From Candidatus Altimarinota bacterium (GTDB lineage: Bacteria > Patescibacteriota > Gracilibacteria > UBA1369), in assembly GCA_041659405.1 (NCBI GenBank), contig JBAZYK010000003.1, forward strand, positions 30,001 to 62,000: a stretch of 32,000 nt of DNA. The letters are read 5' to 3'. A model generated the notes under the pieces. It was not told where the DNA came from. It searched no databases and saw only the letters and a list, made by a program, of their open reading frames with translations. The position numbers and the translations under genes were made by a program. Shown here piece by piece: positions 1 to 8,246 of this stretch. Each line of letters opens with the position of its first letter. Position 1 is the first letter of the stretch.

Positions 1-22
1 TAATATAATATTTGAAACAAAA

Positions 23-2110
23 ATGAACACAGCCAAAAAACTCCTAAAATTCGGTGAATGTCTCAACTTTTCAGATGAAAATCTGAAAGGAAGATTTGTG
101 TTTCAAACCGCCAGCACAGGCGGAGCTGGTGGAACCGCTGAAGGTGCCGCAAAAGACAAACCACCGGTTGCGGTTCCGGAAACTAAAGAAACTGGCCCAA
201 AAGTACCGGAAGCAGACAAAGCAAAAAAAGCAGCAGAAATTCATGGCGAAACAAGGGCCCTCCTAAAGGCTGAAATGGAAAAGAAATTGCAGGAAATCGC
301 AGCCAGAAAAGAAGCCATCACCAAAGAAAAAACAGATAATGATGCTGAACTAAAAAAAATCCTCGGAGCAAAAGACGAATGGTCTACACGTCAACCGGAT
401 TTTGACTTAAACACTCCTGCAAAAATTAAAATACCAGATACCACTGCAATTGGAAAATTAGCTGGAAGTTTAGTTGGAGATGTTGACGCGACCCCATCCA
501 GAATTGCCACACAGGCAGAAAAAACTTTTGCAAAAGCCGAAAACCCAACAGCAGACACAAAACCTGAACTCGTTAAACTTGGCGAATTTTTAAAATTAAT
601 CACTCTCCCGGAATTTCCACAAAGCCAGGGGAACAGGAATATTTTACGAGACACTGTTTCTACTTTGATCAACGAGTATCTTCACCACATGCCACAGCCG
701 GTAACCAAGGAATCATCCGAAGGTTACAAAGATCAACTTATGGGTCGATTTCAAGCTTTTGGTGAAAAAATTCAAGCTCAAGCAAACGGCAAACCATTGG
801 AACTTATGATTGGTTTAAGCGCATATCTCAAAAAAATCGATCCGACTTTTGATTTCATCAATGCCAATGGAACCTTTCAGCCTGAAGGATTAAAAAATTT
901 ATTAGTCCTGACTGATCCTGCAACCTTATTGGAAAATTTTCAAAAAAATCAAAATATTGATAAAGAATCGGGCAATCTTTCAAGAGACAAAATAAATGGA
1001 GAAAGTGCATTAGCCACGGCTCAAGAACAACCAGTCGACGCTAAAAAAATGATTCAAGATGGAACACTTAAATTTACAGCAAGAACCATCACTCTTCCGG
1101 CAGAAGCCGATAAAATTGATGAATTTCTAAAAGAAGAATTCGGCAAAGCCTTAGACCCAAAACTTAATTCAAACCTAAAAGAAGCAGCCATAGCTTACGC
1201 CATGGAAAAAGCCAAAGACCTCAAACAACCGGGTCAAAAATTGATCTTGGCCGAAAACGGAGAAAGCGCTGCTGTAAGCGAAGCAGCTGAAGCCCAAAAG
1301 AAAAAAGAAGCCGAAGAAACTGCCAAAAAATTAGCTGAACAAGCTTCAACTATGGCCGGTAATCCGGATGTAAAACCTGGACAAGAAAGCGAATTGGGCA
1401 TTGCAAGTTTTGGGGCTTTAATTGCTAAATTTTTTGAATACATAGCCGACCTCCTGAAAAATTTTGGAGGATTCAATTTTGGTTCAAAAGAAGTTAATAA
1501 AAACCTGGAAGCCAGACTTAAAAACTGGACTCCATTACCAACCGAAGAAGAACTTAAAGAAGTCGGAAAATTTGAAGCCGCCATACTAAAAGGTATTCCA
1601 AAAATCAACAAAAAGAATCTGGCAAAATTATTGGAAAATAGAGATGAAATGCGTAATCACATTTTCACAAGCAACCCAGGCAACTTAAGCTGGGAAACAT
1701 ATTTATTTGACCCAAAAAAAGGCCGCATAACCGCAGAAGAGCGCGCCAAACTTGAAGACCAAACCAAAGAACTTAAACCAAGCGAAATCAGCACAATGAT
1801 TATGATGAAAGATCCGAAAAAGGCTCCTGAACAAACTGCTGCTGCCGCTACTGCAACACCGGCAGTCGCACCAAGCCAAACACCAGCAACCGAAACACCG
1901 GCAGTCGCACCAAACCAAACCCCAGCAACGACATCACCAACAACCCCCGAAGTTGTACCAGCAACACCACCGCCACCATTAAACCATGAAGTGGCAACAA
2001 ATATACCACCAACTGCAGCTCCAAAATCAGCACCTACCCCGCCAGCAAACCCTGAAGTTGCATCTGCTCCAACACCCGCTCAAACAACTCCACCAGTTAA
2101 GCCTTTATAA
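23..2110 (+). CDS. hypothetical 695-aa protein; charged/helical body with Pro/Thr/Ala-rich C-terminal tail; no recognisable domain
   Basis: Long uninterrupted ORF with codon usage like its neighbours. No obvious signal peptide or TM segment. The last ~100 aa are PT-rich (TPAVAPSQTPATE repeats). TATAAT at 4-9 lies upstream of the ATG. Confidence 0.6.
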   Translation: MNTAKKLLKFGECLNFSDENLKGRFVFQTASTGGAGGTAEGAAKDKPPVAVPETKETGPKVPEADKAKKAAEIHGETRALLKAEMEKKLQEIAARKEAITKEKTDNDAELKKILGAKDEWSTRQPDFDLNTPAKIKIPDTTAIGKLAGSLVGDVDATPSRIATQAEKTFAKAENPTADTKPELVKLGEFLKLITLPEFPQSQGNRNILRDTVSTLINEYLHHMPQPVTKESSEGYKDQLMGRFQAFGEKIQAQANGKPLELMIGLSAYLKKIDPTFDFINANGTFQPEGLKNLLVLTDPATLLENFQKNQNIDKESGNLSRDKINGESALATAQEQPVDAKKMIQDGTLKFTARTITLPAEADKIDEFLKEEFGKALDPKLNSNLKEAAIAYAMEKAKDLKQPGQKLILAENGESAAVSEAAEAQKKKEAEETAKKLAEQASTMAGNPDVKPGQESELGIASFGALIAKFFEYIADLLKNFGGFNFGSKEVNKNLEARLKNWTPLPTEEELKEVGKFEAAILKGIPKINKKNLAKLLENRDEMRNHIFTSNPGNLSWETYLFDPKKGRITAEERAKLEDQTKELKPSEISTMIMMKDPKKAPEQTAAAATATPAVAPSQTPATETPAVAPNQTPATTSPTTPEVVPATPPPPLNHEVATNIPPTAAPKSAPTPPANPEVASAPTPAQTTPPVKPL
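1856..1933 (+). repeat. two tandem copies of a 39-bp (13-codon) unit encoding TPAVAP(S/N)QTPAT(E/T)
   Basis: Copy 1 (1856-1894) and copy 2 (1895-1933) align directly and differ at only a few positions. They are in frame within the 23..2110 ORF. Confidence 0.8.
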
Positions 2111-3056
2111 ACTCCAAAGCTTTCTCAACCTCTTTCTTCGATCCCAAAAAGATTGGCGTTCTTTGATCAAGTTTCGTTAAAGGCAAATCCAAAATGCGAC
2201 CTTTTGCGACCTGGCTCGCTTCACCCGCAACGCCCTTTTCACCCACCACTCCATACATGGCCGCCCCACCCGCTTTTTCCATTAGATAAGCCATTGGCGC
2301 GCATTCATATAAAAGCCTTAATTTGCCATCCGGTTTTTCCTGATAACCCGGATAAGTAAAAACCCCACCACCTTTGCGCAAAATCTGGTTTACATCCGGC
2401 ACCATTCCGCCACTGTAACGCAAAGTATATTCATTTCTGACCCAAAACTCCAAAAGCTTCACATACCATTCTTCGCTACTGCAAGCCCGCAAATTGCCCG
2501 GAGCAAACATCTTTTTTTCTTCCGCAACTTTCATCACACCACTCTGCACAAATTGTTTTTGCTCATCATGATAACTAAATTCCAAAACTTCTCCTCCAAC
2601 CGAAATCATAAAAGTTAAACGTGGACCATAAACCGCAATCAAAGCCGCAACTTGCTCACTTCCCTTTCGGCCGATAAACCCTTTGCCCTTATAAACGCCA
2701 AAAATGCTTCCTACAGCCAAATTCACATCCACCAAAGAAGAACCATCCAATGGATCAAACCCCACTGAAAAACCATCTTCACCCGCACCACACACAATCT
2801 CCTCTTCCAACTCTTCCGAGGCCAACGAACTAACATGTTCATTTTTCTGAAGCGCATCAACAAAAAGATTGTTGGTATAAACATCCAATTTCAATTGCTG
2901 TTCACCATAAACATTTTGAGTATCGGCATATCCCAATTGCGAAGTCTTTAAAGCCTTGGCCACCTGCGGAAAAACATTCACAATCTCATTCAAAACACTT
3001 TGCAAAGACGCGTCCAAACCACTCGCTCCAAGAAAATTAACAAAAGTTTTTTCCAT
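2097..3056 (-). CDS. fbp: fructose-1,6-bisphosphatase, class I
   Basis: FDPLDGSSLVDVN metal-binding motif, GGMVPDVNQILRKGGGVFTYPG and KLRLLYECAPMAYLMEKAGG blocks. The 319-aa length is typical of class I FBPase. Confidence 0.9.
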   Translation of the reverse strand: MEKTFVNFLGASGLDASLQSVLNEIVNVFPQVAKALKTSQLGYADTQNVYGEQQLKLDVYTNNLFVDALQKNEHVSSLASEELEEEIVCGAGEDGFSVGFDPLDGSSLVDVNLAVGSIFGVYKGKGFIGRKGSEQVAALIAVYGPRLTFMISVGGEVLEFSYHDEQKQFVQSGVMKVAEEKKMFAPGNLRACSSEEWYVKLLEFWVRNEYTLRYSGGMVPDVNQILRKGGGVFTYPGYQEKPDGKLRLLYECAPMAYLMEKAGGAAMYGVVGEKGVAGEASQVAKGRILDLPLTKLDQRTPIFLGSKKEVEKALEFIKA

Positions 3057-3140
3057 AAAAATAAAAGTTAATAAGCCAAACGCAGATTAACCGAAATACC
3101 TCAAAAAGAGCAACTATTTTCCCGCCGCCCCCCAATAAAA

Positions 3141-3581
3141 TTAGTAAGTATTCGCGCTGGCAATTGCCGAATCCCCGCGAACAAAAATTATATCGGAAGC
3201 TTTTTTCATACCTTCAAGTCTTCCCGTATTAATAATATTATTCATCGATTTAGACTGAGCCAAACGCGCATCCTTAATTTCATTCTCACTTAAAAGCTGC
3301 TGGCGATCCGCTTCCAATTTTCTTAAATCGTACCCTTTTGTGGCAACCTGATTAAAATGCGCCAAATAAGCCATCCCAATCAAGACAATTCCCACAGCAA
3401 GAGCCATAATCAAAGTTACCGGCCCAAATTGCAGATTGATTTTTGGTAGAGCCACAGCCCTGGCAGCGCTTTGATTCGAAACAATCCCGGAACGCAAACT
3501 TGAACGTGAACGTCTATCCCACAATGACCTTTGAGCAAAACCGTTTCTATATGGACTGCGTGATAGTGAAAGTTGGGACAT
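3141..3581 (-). CDS. FtsL-like bitopic cell-division protein
   Basis: Lies immediately downstream of rsmH, the canonical dcw position. Single TM (VTLIMALAVGIVLIGMAYLAHF) followed by a coiled-coil-like segment (DLRKLEADRQQLLSENEIKDARLAQ) and an LEGMKKA...IIFV tail. Confidence 0.55.
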   Translation of the reverse strand: MSQLSLSRSPYRNGFAQRSLWDRRSRSSLRSGIVSNQSAARAVALPKINLQFGPVTLIMALAVGIVLIGMAYLAHFNQVATKGYDLRKLEADRQQLLSENEIKDARLAQSKSMNNIINTGRLEGMKKASDIIFVRGDSAIASANTY

Positions 3582-3606
3582 TTCTAGTAATTAATAATTT
3601 AGGGGG
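3582..3606 (-). promoter_or_regulatory. TAATTA-rich leader element directly upstream of the ftsL-like start (minus strand reads CCCCCTAAATTATTAATTACTAGAA-ATG)
   Basis: Shares CCCTAA(A)TTATTAATTACTA with the rpoC leader at 26145-26165. Confidence 0.4.
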
Positions 3607-3611
3607 AGAGT

Positions 3612-5006
3612 TTAGATTTTTTCCGCCACACGTAATTTTGCGCTGCGGCTGCGAGGATTTTTGGTTAACTCAGTTTCACCCGGAGTTAGTGGTTTTTTAG
3701 TTACAATTTTTAGTTTCGGATCAAGATGAGTTGTCGTTAGTTGATCAGGTAAATTAATGTAATCTCGGGCCTGATCCTTAAAGAAATTTTTAACCAGACG
3801 ATCTTCCAAAGAATGATAGGCAATAATGGCCAAACGACCCTTCTTTTTCAAAAGGCCCATAGCCTGTTCCATCACACTTTGCAAAGATTCCAATTCCTTG
3901 TTTACTTCAATGCGCAAAGCCTGAAACACGCGAGTTGCAGGGTGAATATGCCCCTGACGTTTAATATATTTCTCAATAAAACCAGCCAGTTCCGTAGTTG
4001 TTTTAAAAGAACGGCTTCGACGACGTCGCACAATTTCACGCGCCAACAAACGGGATTTCATTTCTTCACCATATTCATAAAAAATTCGGGCAAGCTCTTT
4101 TTCAGGATAACTGTTGATAACATGAGCCGCAGTCAATTCCTGATTTTTATCAAAACGCATATCCAAAGGCCCTTCACGCAAAAAAGAAAATCCACGTTCA
4201 GCCACATCAACCTGAGGAGAAGAAAGACCAAGATCCAACAAAATCGCATCGACACCGTGAATCTTCAATTTCTTTAATTCTTCAGCCAAATTACGGAAAT
4301 TACTTTGAATATAATGAATTCTGCTATCAAATTCCTTCAATTTTTCCTGGGCACGTTTCAAATTTTCCTCGTCCAATTCAAAAGCAACCAATTTGGAATC
4401 GCCATTTGCATTGGTCAAAAGCGCATGAGCATGTCCACCCAAACCAAGTGTTCCATCCACGATTACTTTTTTACCCGGCAGTTGCAAACCTTCAAGAACC
4501 TCTCGCAACAAAACCGGATCATGCATTGGCTGAACAGACTCAACAAGTTGAGTTGGCAGAGCCGGTATCTCGATTTCAACTTTTGGTTTCAAAACCTTGG
4601 CAATTTTCAAAACTTTCACTTTCTTTAAGATCACTTTTTTGGCTTTCTTAACTTGAATTTTCTTAGCCTGAACTTTAGCCTTTGCCTTAATTAACGGCTT
4701 CGTCTTTGCTTTTGATTGAACCTTCACTTTTGGCTGAACCTTTTTAACATTAGCTTTTGCCAACGGCTTTGCCTTAATTTTTGGTTGAACCTTCGCTTTA
4801 GCTTTTTTCTGTAATTTTGGTTGAGCTTTAGCTTTAGGTTGTACTTTCACCTTAGGTTGAACCTTCTTTATCGGCTTTGCTATAACCTTTTTTTGTTGAG
4901 CTTTTTTCGAAAAAAGCATCTCTTTCAATTTAGAAAAAGTGCTTTTATTTTTTTTAGGTGCCTGAGCTTTATTTTTTGGGATTAATTTTGATTTTTTCTT
5001 GATCAT
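3612..5006 (-). CDS. rsmH: 16S rRNA (cytosine1402-N4)-methyltransferase RsmH with a ~160-aa Lys-rich N-terminal extension
   Basis: HDPVLLREVLEGL, DGTLGLGGHA (SAM site), LLDLGLSSPQVD and AYHSLEDRLVK motifs from residue 161 onward. Residues 1-160 are K/V/Q/P/A repeats. An alternative internal start ATG at 4526 would give a canonical-length RsmH. Confidence 0.9.
   Translation of the reverse strand: MIKKKSKLIPKNKAQAPKKNKSTFSKLKEMLFSKKAQQKKVIAKPIKKVQPKVKVQPKAKAQPKLQKKAKAKVQPKIKAKPLAKANVKKVQPKVKVQSKAKTKPLIKAKAKVQAKKIQVKKAKKVILKKVKVLKIAKVLKPKVEIEIPALPTQLVESVQPMHDPVLLREVLEGLQLPGKKVIVDGTLGLGGHAHALLTNANGDSKLVAFELDEENLKRAQEKLKEFDSRIHYIQSNFRNLAEELKKLKIHGVDAILLDLGLSSPQVDVAERGFSFLREGPLDMRFDKNQELTAAHVINSYPEKELARIFYEYGEEMKSRLLAREIVRRRRSRSFKTTTELAGFIEKYIKRQGHIHPATRVFQALRIEVNKELESLQSVMEQAMGLLKKKGRLAIIAYHSLEDRLVKNFFKDQARDYINLPDQLTTTHLDPKLKIVTKKPLTPGETELTKNPRSRSAKLRVAEKI
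4640..4880 (-). repeat. degenerate in-frame tandem repeats encoding (K/A)KVQPK-type units
   Basis: The plus-strand 10-mer TTGAACCTTC recurs at 4716, 4785 and 4857 (69- and 72-nt spacing). TTTGCCTTAATT recurs twice. All copies lie inside the rsmH 5' extension. Confidence 0.6.
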
Positions 5007-5379
5007 AATGAGGAAAGTTCAAAACTTGTATTCAATGTATGTATAATTTTTTTATACGATGAACATGACTTATTTATAAGAGAAACAAACCCTAGAGTCA
5101 ACAACTTCCACAAAGATAGTGCAAAATTTGTATTCGCAAAGCAAAAATAAACCCACCTTTTCGGCTCAAGTAAAACAAGATTAACTATTTCCATAATTCA
5201 TTGCCCGACTTTCACAATATTGCATAATATTTTTATACTCAACACGGATAAACTGCTGCCAAAAAGGAATAAAACAATTACTGTTAAAAAAATAGTACAG
5301 CAGACACGAGCAAAGCGAGTGTCCCTACAAAAAACCGTCCTCAATAAAAAATTAAAACAAAAATCATCACAAAAAAGCA

Positions 5380-5407
5380 TTTACCTCAAAGCAAAAAACC
5401 TTATAAT
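5380..5407 (+). promoter_or_regulatory. sigma70-like promoter TTTACC-16-TATAAT placed for a leaderless transcript of the 5414 gene
   Basis: The consensus -10 TATAAT at 5402-5407 ends 6 nt before the ATG at 5414. There is no room for an SD. Confidence 0.45.
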
Positions 5408-5413
5408 ATCAGC

Positions 5414-5893
5414 ATGATATATCTCCCTCCGGAACTTCTGGTTCTCTTTACATCAATGCTTCCAATTGTGGAACTCCGCGGAGGCATCCCCTTAGGTCTT
5501 CTTTTGCATTTACCAATAGAAGCCGCTTTTTTTTGGGCGGAAATCGGCAACATGATTCCGATCTTTTTTATTTTGAAACTGCTCGGCCCCGTTTCTGATT
5601 TCCTCATCAAACATTCCAAGTTTTTTGAAAAATTTTTCCATAAACTTTTCACCATAACGCGTGAAAAACATGGCCACAAAATGCAAAAATGGGGTTCGGT
5701 CTTTCTTGTCATATTTATTGCGATTCCCCTGCCCGGCACCGGCGCCTGGACCGGAGCATTGTTGGCCTTTTTGTTTGATATTCCTTTCTGGAAAGCGGTT
5801 TTACTTATTTTAATCGGCAACCTTGCCGCCGGCCTATTGATCAGTTTTGGCTTTGGATCAGCCATCGAAGTGGCAAAATTGTTCGTAAAATAA
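5414..5893 (+). CDS. small multidrug-export-like membrane protein (COG2426 / Sm_multidrug_ex family)
   Basis: N-terminal LPIVELRGGIPLGL signature and four hydrophobic segments. The 159-aa length is typical of the family. Confidence 0.7.
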   Translation: MIYLPPELLVLFTSMLPIVELRGGIPLGLLLHLPIEAAFFWAEIGNMIPIFFILKLLGPVSDFLIKHSKFFEKFFHKLFTITREKHGHKMQKWGSVFLVIFIAIPLPGTGAWTGALLAFLFDIPFWKAVLLILIGNLAAGLLISFGFGSAIEVAKLFVK

Positions 5894-5927
5894 AATTTTA
5901 TTTGACATTTATTAATCGATATATAAA

Positions 5928-6224
5928 ATGCCAACTCAAATTTTATGTTTTTTAAATATGCCTTTTTTGGAAGACGATTGTCATCAACAGCATCATACAG
6001 AAGCTGATGGAGAACCATTAACTAAATGTGCGAGGTTAATACTTGAAGCAAAAAAACAGGATCCCTCAATTCCTATTTGTAATGTAATTTGCCCAATTTC
6101 AAAAAAAACTTCCCCCGTAGGGATTAAACTAGCTGTTCATGATCGTTGCCACATGTCTTTAACAACTCTTAAAGCCTTGCAAAGTGGACTAACAAGGCAA
6201 GTATTTCAAGTTTTGAAATACTAG
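5928..6224 (+). CDS. questionable hypothetical Cys/His-rich 98-aa ORF
   Basis: It is the only sizeable ORF in the 333-bp gap between convergent genes. There is no homology I recognise, and it overlaps a shadow ORF on the other strand. Confidence 0.25.
   Translation: MPTQILCFLNMPFLEDDCHQQHHTEADGEPLTKCARLILEAKKQDPSIPICNVICPISKKTSPVGIKLAVHDRCHMSLTTLKALQSGLTRQVFQVLKY
6200..6222. terminator. perfect 10-bp-stem hairpin (AGTATTTCAA-GTT-TTGAAATACT) between convergent genes; possible bidirectional terminator
   Basis: The inverted repeat was read directly. It is AT-rich and has no flanking U-tract, so terminator function is uncertain. Confidence 0.35.
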
Positions 6225-6226
6225 CT

Positions 6227-6976
6227 TCAATTCTTCAAAAACTCCTTCACTTCCGAAATCTTTGCCCCTTCACGCAAAATCACTGCGTGGCCATTTTCAA
6301 AGCCAATAATTGTTGATGGAGGATTTTTCAACACGCCCGCGCCTGATTCAGAAACGCTCACCCCGGATTCAGACAAGCCAAGTTCTCCACCATCCAAGAC
6401 CAAAGCAATTTTTTCACTTTCCTGCAAAGCTCCTTTATACTGCTTCAAAAAATCAGCAACAGTGTACGCCTCCGGTTCACCAGCCAAATTTGCACTGGTA
6501 GTCGTAAGCGGACCACCAAAACCCGCAATCAACATTTGTGAAATCTCCGAATCCGGACAACGAACCCCAACATTAACCTGCCCTTCATTAAAAAAAGTCG
6601 GCAAAGTTTTTTCGGCTAATGGCTGGCGCACATGCTCATCAAAATTTTGATCTTCTTTCCGCGCCACTTTTTTCGGCAAAACCAACGTTACCGGACCCGG
6701 CCAAAATCGCTCTGCCAAGCGCAAAGCCACTTCATTAAATTCTGCATACTTCTTTGCCTCATCCAAATTTCGCACCATCATACTCACGGGCTTTTTAAAA
6801 TCGCGGCCCTTAGCCACATACAAATCCTGCAAAGCCTCCTGATTAAAAACATCCACCGCAAAACCATAACAAGTTTCTGTTGGATGAACCACCACGCCAC
6901 CCTGCTGCAAAAGCTTTACCGCTTTCGCAATAATTTCCGATTGAGGATTTTTGGGATTGATCGACACGATTTTCAT
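6227..6976 (-). CDS. tsaC: L-threonylcarbamoyladenylate synthase (TsaC/YrdC/Sua5 family, single domain)
   Basis: GGVVVHPTETCYGFAVD, AKGRDFKKPVSMMV, RFWPGPVTLVL and TTSANLAGEP motifs. Confidence 0.85.
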   Translation of the reverse strand: MKIVSINPKNPQSEIIAKAVKLLQQGGVVVHPTETCYGFAVDVFNQEALQDLYVAKGRDFKKPVSMMVRNLDEAKKYAEFNEVALRLAERFWPGPVTLVLPKKVARKEDQNFDEHVRQPLAEKTLPTFFNEGQVNVGVRCPDSEISQMLIAGFGGPLTTTSANLAGEPEAYTVADFLKQYKGALQESEKIALVLDGGELGLSESGVSVSESGAGVLKNPPSTIIGFENGHAVILREGAKISEVKEFLKN

Positions 6977-7140
6977 ATTTCCTTTAATTACTATTCAAGC
7001 TTCGCTATACTAGCGGCGAACAAAATTCCGGGCAAGCCCGATCAACGAGCACGAAACAAACCTCAAGCTCCCCTCACAATCCTAAAAAAACCCGGACACG
7101 ACTCCCCTATTTAAAAAAATATTTCCTAACCCCCCTTTTC

Positions 7141-8148
7141 ATGCCTACACGCCTTGCAATAAATGGTTTTGGCCGCATTGGACGCGAAATGTTTCGCATC
7201 GCTCTCACACGTAAAGATCTTGAAGTTGTTGCGATCAACAATCTTAGCGACAACAAAACCATGGCTCATCTTTTAAAATACGACTCCAATTACGGAATTT
7301 TGGACGCAGATGTGAAAATTGAAGATGAAACCAGCATCACCGTGAATGGCAAAAAAATCGCTTATTTCCAGGAAAAAGACCCAAGCATGATTCCTTGGGG
7401 AACCACCAAGGCCGATATCGTCCTTGAATCAACCGGCGTTTTTACCGATGGTGAAGCCGCAAAAAAACATCTTCATGACGGTGTTAAAAAAGTAATCATC
7501 ACCGCTCCTGGCAAAAATGTTGATGCTACTTTTGTTATTGGCGTAAACGAAAGCAGCTACGATCCTGCCAAACACAACGTAATTTCAAACGCTTCCTGCA
7601 CCACCAACTGCATGGCGCCTCTTACAAAGGTCATCAACGACACCCTCAAAATCAAACGTGGACTTATGACCACAATTCATTCCTATACTAACGATCAACA
7701 AATTCTTGATCTTCCCCATAAAGATCCTCGCCGTGCCCGTGCCGCCGCACTTTCCATGATTCCAACCAGCACCGGCGCCGCAACTGCAGTTACAACCGTT
7801 ATTCCTGAACTTAAAGGCAAATTAAACGGCTTCTCGGTCCGCGTTCCAACCCCAACTGTTTCTTTGCTTGATTGTGTCTTCGAAGTCGAAAAATCCACAA
7901 CTGTAGAAGAATTAAACGGAATTTTAAAGCAAGCCGCAGAAGGTCCGCTCAAAAATATTTTGGCTTACAATGAACTTCCACTTGTTTCCGTTGATTACAA
8001 AGGCAACACACATTCTTCAATTATTGACGGGCTTTCCACCATGGTTATGGAAGGAACAATGATCAAAGTAGTGGCCTGGTACGACAACGAATGGGGCTAT
8101 TCTTGCCGCGCAATTGACTTGGCTGCCCTGATGGGTGCAAAATTGTAA
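7141..8148 (+). CDS. gap: type I glyceraldehyde-3-phosphate dehydrogenase
   Basis: INGFGRIGR Rossmann start, SNASCTTNCMAPL active-site block and WYDNEWGYS C-terminal block. Confidence 0.95.
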   Translation: MPTRLAINGFGRIGREMFRIALTRKDLEVVAINNLSDNKTMAHLLKYDSNYGILDADVKIEDETSITVNGKKIAYFQEKDPSMIPWGTTKADIVLESTGVFTDGEAAKKHLHDGVKKVIITAPGKNVDATFVIGVNESSYDPAKHNVISNASCTTNCMAPLTKVINDTLKIKRGLMTTIHSYTNDQQILDLPHKDPRRARAAALSMIPTSTGAATAVTTVIPELKGKLNGFSVRVPTPTVSLLDCVFEVEKSTTVEELNGILKQAAEGPLKNILAYNELPLVSVDYKGNTHSSIIDGLSTMVMEGTMIKVVAWYDNEWGYSCRAIDLAALMGAKL

Positions 8149-8181
8149 AACGCCCGCCAAGGTGCAGTTCTGCTGCAAAAA

Positions 8182-8222
8182 TTGCCAAACCCGCTTTAGC
8201 ACTGTACAATTACAACCGCTAA
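8182..8222 (+). promoter_or_regulatory. promoter TTGCCA-17-TACAAT overlapped by a degenerate CIRCE operator (TTAGCACTG-N9-AACCGCTAA)
   Basis: -35 at 8182-8187, -10 at 8205-8210, CIRCE at 8196-8222. The CIRCE consensus is TTAGCACTC-N9-GAGTGCTAA. Left arm matches 8/9 and right arm 6/9. Confidence 0.6.
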
Positions 8223-8246
8223 TTTAGTTTTGTAAAGATTTAAGCG

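Noticed and set aside
3121-3133. 13-nt pure C/G run (CCCGCCGCCCCCC), conspicuous in an A/T-rich intergenic region upstream of fbp
   Set aside because: It is too short and has too few G-tracts on the minus strand for a G-quadruplex. There is no partner repeat, so it is noted only as a possible spacer or UP-like oddity without support.
3813-4628. Plus-strand ORFs (154, 107 and 81 aa) inside rsmH
   Set aside because: They are antisense to a gene with unambiguous RsmH motifs, and their translations are compositionally odd (F/N/Q/K-rich).
4640-4880. Regularly spaced DNA repeats that could superficially suggest a CRISPR-like array
   Set aside because: The repeats are degenerate, have in-frame spacing of 69/72 nt, lie inside an open Lys-rich reading frame, and have no unique spacers or cas genes nearby. 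They are coding tandem repeats.
5401-6018. 205-aa minus-strand ORF overlapping the COG2426-type gene
   Set aside because: The plus-strand frame carries the family signature (ELRGGIPLG) and sensible TM helices. The minus-strand product is basic low-complexity sequence with no motif, so it is a shadow ORF.
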